From positions 1-60,396 of the forward strand of contig CAZMRG010000002.1 of NCBI GenBank assembly GCA_964568655.1: a DNA stretch of 60,396 nucleotides, read 5' to 3'. Positions 56,052 through 60,396 of this stretch are shown here, piece by piece. The notes under the pieces are model-generated. The model ran no database searches. It saw only the letters and a list, made by a program, of their open reading frames with translations, and was not told where the DNA came from. Within the stretch, counting starts at the first letter, position 1. Each line of letters opens with the position of its first letter. This stretch comes from an uncultured Ignavibacteriales bacterium. Lineage in GTDB: Bacteria; Bacteroidota; Ignavibacteria; Tepidaquicellales; OLB5. A program made the translations under genes and the position numbers.

Positions 56052-57194
56052 TTGAATAATCCTGAGTTGAATTCCGGCAGCCTGCGCAATCTAATGTTTT
56101 ATTCCGGCGGAATATCAATTTTTTTTCTTGCGCTTCAGGTTATCACAGGCGCGCTTCTCAGTATATATTATGAACCTTCGGCGCAGGACGCATACGCTTC
56201 TATTCAATATATAACTAATCAGGTTGAGTTTGGCTCGTTTATCAGGTCAATACATTTTTGGACGGCGCATGCATTAATACTGTGCGCCAGCTTATTTGTA
56301 TTGAGCGCTTTTTTATCCAAATCATACACATCGCCAAAACGGAAGTTATGGTATGTTCTTATTTTATTCATATTAATTTTGCTGGCATTTGCCTTCACCG
56401 GACAAACCCTGCCATGGTCCGAGTTTTCTTATTTTGGCGCGGTGATAGGAATATCGCAAATTGATAAAATTCCGGTTGCCGGACACTTTATTTCGGAAAC
56501 ACTTAAAGGCGGCGCGTACTTTGGAAACGAAACTTTAAGCAGAATGTTTTCGATACATACTATAATACTTCCGGCAAGCCTGTTTTTACTCTTAGTTACT
56601 TTCATCTATTCCATCCGTTCGGTCAATTTGCTCAGTATAAAAGAAGAAACGCCGCCGGTTCATCAGCGGGAAGCGATTCCTCTCAAAATAATAATTTTAT
56701 CTCTTACAGCGCTGGCTCTTATCGCAGCAATATCTGTTTTGATACCAAAAGGATCTGGCAGGCTTTACGATATCAGCGCTCCTACAGGCGCTCCCATTGG
56801 TATTCACCCGGAGTGGTATTTCATGTGGATATACCAGACGCTAAGAGCTGATAATTTTTTGCCCGGTATAATAATACAATTATTCCTTTTTGTTTTTGTG
56901 ATCTTCTGGTTATCTGTTCCATTGTTAGAAAATAAATTTTCAACCGGAAAAAACAAATCTATTATTAATTCGGTTGGCGTCATTTCAGTAGTCTACATTT
57001 TTATAATGACAATTTGGGGTTATATGGATTCAGGTATTTCATCTTTTGAATTAGCCTCGCCGGGGAATATTGCAACAGGCGGAATTGACAGGTTCTCGTT
57101 TTTAGGTATAATACTTTTTACAATAATTGTGATGATTGCTTTACTGTATTTGCATATTAAGTCGCTATCTTACACAAAAGATAGGAATTCTTAA
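56052..57194 (+). CDS. Cytochrome b (fused b6 / subunit-IV-like).
   Basis: …GGISIFFLALQVITGALLSIYY…, SIHFWTAHAL and later TM helices. I prefer the TTG at 56052 right after the Rieske stop. The track ATG at 55977 would overlap the Rieske gene by 74 nt. Confidence 0.8.
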   Translation: MNNPELNSGSLRNLMFYSGGISIFFLALQVITGALLSIYYEPSAQDAYASIQYITNQVEFGSFIRSIHFWTAHALILCASLFVLSAFLSKSYTSPKRKLWYVLILFILILLAFAFTGQTLPWSEFSYFGAVIGISQIDKIPVAGHFISETLKGGAYFGNETLSRMFSIHTIILPASLFLLLVTFIYSIRSVNLLSIKEETPPVHQREAIPLKIIILSLTALALIAAISVLIPKGSGRLYDISAPTGAPIGIHPEWYFMWIYQTLRADNFLPGIIIQLFLFVFVIFWLSVPLLENKFSTGKNKSIINSVGVISVVYIFIMTIWGYMDSGISSFELASPGNIATGGIDRFSFLGIILFTIIVMIALLYLHIKSLSYTKDRNS

Positions 57195-57302
57195 CTACAT
57201 AAATATGTACTTTTATCAGGAAATCAAACAAATATTTCCATGTTAAATAAACGCCCAACTAACGCCGCCATATTTGGACTTTATTTTTAACAAATTTCGC
57301 CG

Positions 57303-57310
57303 TAAGTTTG
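57303..57310 (+). promoter_or_regulatory. Bacteroidota-type -7 box candidate (TAnnTTTG).
   Basis: TAAGTTTG lies 21 nt upstream of the ATG at 57332. Sequence match only. Confidence 0.3.
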
Positions 57311-57331
57311 TAGCTTAATCAAGATAAAAAA

Positions 57332-57529
57332 ATGGCAAAACAACAAACATTTGCGGATAAAGCTGCTAAATTGGCTAAAAAAGAAGCAGAAACAGTATGC
57401 CCGCATTGCAGTAAATCAGCAAAAGCTGTGTATGCAAAGGTCATAACTTCTGTAAAAACAGCAAAAGATACATGGAAATACCTGGAAAAGAATCAGAAGC
57501 TTTGCGGTAACTGCTTAGCGGAACTATAA
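57332..57529 (+). CDS. Small basic zinc-ribbon-like protein (65 aa) immediately upstream of rpmB.
   Basis: MAKQQTF… start with CPHC and CGNC pairs. Same strand as rpmB, 39 nt away, with no terminator between them. Confidence 0.6.
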   Translation: MAKQQTFADKAAKLAKKEAETVCPHCSKSAKAVYAKVITSVKTAKDTWKYLEKNQKLCGNCLAEL

Positions 57530-57568
57530 TTTTTATTTTTTAATAACAGCTAATACAATAATTATTAA

Positions 57569-57790
57569 ATGGCCAGAGTTTGTCAGTTAACAGGAAAAAA
57601 ACCGCTTGTAGGAAACAATGTTTCACATTCGCACAACAGAACGAAGATGAGACAGCTTCCTAACTTAAAGACCAAGAGGATCTGGGTTCCTGAAGAAAAT
57701 AAGTTTATCACAGTCAAGATTTCCACCAGGGCGCTGCGCACTTTGAAAAGAAAAGGTTATGCCGCAATGGTTTCGGAAATGGATAAGTAA
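57569..57790 (+). CDS. rpmB: 50S ribosomal protein L28.
   Basis: MARVCQLTGKKPLVGNNVSHSHNRTKMRQLPNL…, the classic L28 N-terminus. Confidence 0.95.
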   Translation: MARVCQLTGKKPLVGNNVSHSHNRTKMRQLPNLKTKRIWVPEENKFITVKISTRALRTLKRKGYAAMVSEMDK

Positions 57791-57816
57791 TAAATTTTTT
57801 AGTTCAGAGTTTATAC

Positions 57817-57851
57817 AGGAGTGTAAGTAATTTTTGCACTCCTTTTGTTTT
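57817..57851 (+). terminator. Intrinsic terminator after rpmB.
   Basis: AGGAGTG-loop-CACTCCT followed by TTTGTTTT. Confidence 0.6.
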
Positions 57852-57901
57852 GAAAAAGAATTATTAATATCGCGTTTGAAACTTAATCAAACTTATACGC
57901 T

Positions 57902-58639
57902 TTGCCTGAAGAAATATTAATAAGCGTAGTTTTTCCTGCGTTGAATGAAGAGAAGCTTATTAAACAAACGCTGAGCCAATTCACACCCGAAATTAAAAGC
58001 AAATATAAAATTGAGGTCATTGTTTCTGACGGCGGAAGCTCTGATGCGACCGTGGAAATATCCAAACAGCTTGCAGAAGTAGTTGTGCTGCCTGAACCGG
58101 GCCATAAGCAAAACATCGCCGCTGGCAGGAACCTTGGAATAAAGCACAGCTCCGGCAGATATTATTATATAATGAACGCCGATACCCTTATTAAAGATAT
58201 CGATCTTTTTTTCCGGACCACATTGAAAGAATTTGATGAACATAAAATTGTCGCCCAGACCTGCAAAGTGAAAGTATTCCCCAACGAACAAAAGCTTTCT
58301 GACATTTTATTCCACTTCTTGTACAATAATTATGTAAGAATACTTAATTTTATCGGATTAGGCATGGGGAGAGGCGAGTGCCACATATTCATGAAAGATA
58401 TGTTCCTTAAGGTCGGCGGGTATAATGAGTCAATGGCGGCCGGCGAGGATTTCGACCTCTATAGAAGAATAAAAAAATACGGCAAGATAAAATCATGGGG
58501 AAAACTGATTGTATATGAGTCGCCACGAAGATACAGGAAGTTCGGATATGCAAGAGTTTTCTGGGACTGGACCAGGAACGCAACATCGGTAATGTTTAAG
58601 AACAAAGCAATGTCCCGGGAATGGGAACAAGTCAGATAA
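57902..58639 (+). CDS. Glycosyltransferase family 2 protein.
   Basis: SVVFPALNEE, VSDGGSSD, and NADT / GED-type motifs. TTG start as in the track. Confidence 0.85.
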   Translation: MPEEILISVVFPALNEEKLIKQTLSQFTPEIKSKYKIEVIVSDGGSSDATVEISKQLAEVVVLPEPGHKQNIAAGRNLGIKHSSGRYYYIMNADTLIKDIDLFFRTTLKEFDEHKIVAQTCKVKVFPNEQKLSDILFHFLYNNYVRILNFIGLGMGRGECHIFMKDMFLKVGGYNESMAAGEDFDLYRRIKKYGKIKSWGKLIVYESPRRYRKFGYARVFWDWTRNATSVMFKNKAMSREWEQVR

Positions 58640-59626
58640 TTAAGGTACCAAATACTTGTCAGGAACAAGATAGTTCAGCACATAATCTCTTACTGAATCC
58701 TTCAGCTCCATGATCTTTGAATCATAACCCGCATTTCTTATCTTTGAAATATTTGCCTGCGTAAAATACTGGTACTGATTTTTTATGCTGTCGGGCATAT
58801 CAATAAATTCAATATTGGGTTCTTTCCCAAGAGCGGAAAAAATAGCGCCCGCCAATTCAACCCAAGTAGAAGCCTTGCCTGAACCAACATTGAATATTCC
58901 GTTTTGCGCGCTCCCCTTGCCAAGCGTCTTATCGAAAAATATCGTCATATCTACAGCATCTTTCACGTAAACAAAATCACGTTTCTGCTCGCCGTCTTTG
59001 TATTCGGGTTTCAGAGATTTGAACAACTGCAATTTCCCCGTTTTAAGAATTTGCCCGTATGTTTTATTTATCATGCTACGCATATCGCCCTTGTGGTTTT
59101 CATTCGGGCCGAACACATTGAAGTATTTTAATCCGACAATTTCTTTATCCAGCTTATTGTCAAGAACCCACATATCGAATAACTGTTTTGATAACCCGTA
59201 TTTATTTATCGGCTTAAGTTTAGGCATCAACGTAATGTCATCATCAAATCCAAGCTCGCCGGCGCCGTAGGTAGCGCCGCTTGAAGCATATATATACCTT
59301 ACATTGTTATCCATACACCATTTTGCCAGGCTTTTGGAATACTCCACATTATTCTCTTTTAGATATTCCATATTGCCCTCAGTTGTTGAACTGCAGGCGC
59401 CCATATGATACAGTGTATCGGCTTTATGGTTGAATGATTTCTCCCTTATTTGTTTAATAAATTCATCTTTATCAATATATTCTGTAAATTTCAGGTTCGA
59501 TAAATTTGTTTCTTTTGAGCCTTCCCTGCTTTCATCTACTATAATAATATCGCTGACTCCCAGCGTATTTAGCCGCCAGCAAATAGCGCTCCCTATGAAT
59601 CCTGCCCCGCCTGTGATGATTTTCAT
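58640..59626 (-). CDS. hldD: ADP-L-glycero-D-manno-heptose 6-epimerase.
   Basis: MKIITGGAGFIGS, HMGACSSTTE, YASSGATYG and YGLSK motifs. The length and layout match RfaD/HldD. Confidence 0.88.
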   Translation of the reverse strand: MKIITGGAGFIGSAICWRLNTLGVSDIIIVDESREGSKETNLSNLKFTEYIDKDEFIKQIREKSFNHKADTLYHMGACSSTTEGNMEYLKENNVEYSKSLAKWCMDNNVRYIYASSGATYGAGELGFDDDITLMPKLKPINKYGLSKQLFDMWVLDNKLDKEIVGLKYFNVFGPNENHKGDMRSMINKTYGQILKTGKLQLFKSLKPEYKDGEQKRDFVYVKDAVDMTIFFDKTLGKGSAQNGIFNVGSGKASTWVELAGAIFSALGKEPNIEFIDMPDSIKNQYQYFTQANISKIRNAGYDSKIMELKDSVRDYVLNYLVPDKYLVP

Positions 59627-59862
59627 TGTTTTTTCAGCTTCTTATTTAATTAATATACAAATTTATCTATATGTTGATTGGCTTACAATCTAAAAATAAA
59701 GATGGATTTGAAAATTGAGCCTTTCCATAAAACATGATATGTGAGCTTCATTCTGAGGAGTTCTTTATGCTCAATACTTTTTCATTAAATTTATGTTTTT
59801 TTATTTGATTAAACTTATTATATTTTATTCAATCCAATTTTTAAAACTAAAGGAAGGGAAAA

Positions 59863-60396
59863 ATGAAAAAATTATTTTTTACTATTTCATTTTTAATTAT
59901 TCTAAGTCAATTAGCAATATCACAATCCCAGATAAACGAAAATTTTGAAAGTTATGATTCGACCCAATTGCCGCCGGGCTGGACAACGTTTAACAATGCG
60001 CCTTTCCCTATTGATCCATTAAGTAGTTGGATGGTAAGAGATACCGGAAGAGTATTAGACGGGCTGGCAACTGCATTATCAAAAGCTCACAGTCCTATAA
60101 GATCGATCGGAGCAACCTGGATTTCGTCAATTGATACGAATACTAATACTACTACAAATGGCGATTGTTGGTTAGTCACGAGCAGGTTAAATATTACAGC
60201 CAATGACAGTATTTGCTTCTGGGCTACGGGCGGAAGTTCAGGTTTTTCTGATAGTATGCAAATATGGATTGGGGTAGATTCATTACCTCCGGATTTTACA
60301 ACTGAAATAGGTTCAATATATTGGCCGGTTGGCTCAACATACGGACAGTTTAATTTTTACAAGTACAGTTTGGGCGCATTTGCAGGACAAACAATA
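59863..60396 (+). CDS. Secreted protein, 5' partial (runs off the window end), possibly choice-of-anchor-J-like.
   Basis: GGAAGGG RBS, signal peptide MKKLFFTISFLIILSQLAISQ, then NENFES…LPPGWT. Confidence 0.55.
   Translation, partial: MKKLFFTISFLIILSQLAISQSQINENFESYDSTQLPPGWTTFNNAPFPIDPLSSWMVRDTGRVLDGLATALSKAHSPIRSIGATWISSIDTNTNTTTNGDCWLVTSRLNITANDSICFWATGGSSGFSDSMQIWIGVDSLPPDFTTEIGSIYWPVGSTYGQFNFYKYSLGAFAGQTI

Noticed and set aside
58637-58642. The convergent GT2 and hldD genes end back-to-back with no spacer and no terminator.
   Set aside because: This is real in the sequence but a common, unremarkable arrangement with no further signal attached to it.
1-60396. A search for tRNA, rRNA, tmRNA, RNase P or SRP RNA, and for prophage, integrase or transposase genes.
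   Set aside because: By eye, I found no cloverleaf-type sequences (no GGTTCGAATCC-like T-arms in intergenic DNA), no rRNA-like stretches and no recombinase ORFs. The absence is only as reliable as manual inspection.

Overview
This is a 60.4-kb AT-rich chromosomal segment of an FCB-group bacterium. It looks Ignavibacteriota- or Bacteroidota-like, judged from six proteins ending in the T9SS C-terminal sorting motif NYPNPFNP..., an rpoN gene, a TAnnTTTG-type promoter box and a Rieske/cytochrome b pair. All calls come from reading the ORF translations and the DNA by eye; no searches were run, so family names are recalled from motifs.

Most of the window is housekeeping:
- guaB, cydAB, secA and ogt.
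- A 13-kb co-directional block: serine hydrolase, pruA, lhgO, lipoproteins, sucC, gatB, tpiA, thiolase, hbd and an acyl-CoA dehydrogenase.
- hslVU, rpoN and dprA.
- fmt/def, Rieske/cytochrome b, rpmB and hldD.

Accessory or unusual parts:
1. 0-7 kb holds hypothetical secreted proteins separated by long gaps packed with GC-rich hairpin (REP/MITE-like) repeats. One compound-palindrome element is present in three copies, and one of them replaces the 3' end of a DUF1905 gene.
2. A four-helix-bundle (23S rRNA IVS-protein family) gene cassette with 22-bp perfect inverted repeats sits inside the thiolase-hbd-acd operon and is frameshifted.
3. 44-54 kb is a T9SS-cargo locus. It has a TrmB-type regulator, an uncharacterised Cys-rich cargo family in three states (intact, in-frame TGA, orphan sorting domain) and a large all-alpha protein. 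A roughly 72-nt conserved structured element followed by a terminator lies 3' of two of the cargo genes. I consider this element the best candidate for something undescribed.
4. Several mini-genes fall below the ORF-track cut-off: a bS22-like ribosomal mini-protein broken at an A6 run, a Cys/His-rich gene with a TAA at codon 3, and two 26-aa hydrophobic ORFs.

I saw no rRNA, tRNA, CRISPR array, transposase, integrase or phage genes. Five ORFs carry single-site disruptions, two of them at A/T homopolymers, so sequence quality must be checked before any pseudogene or recoding interpretation.
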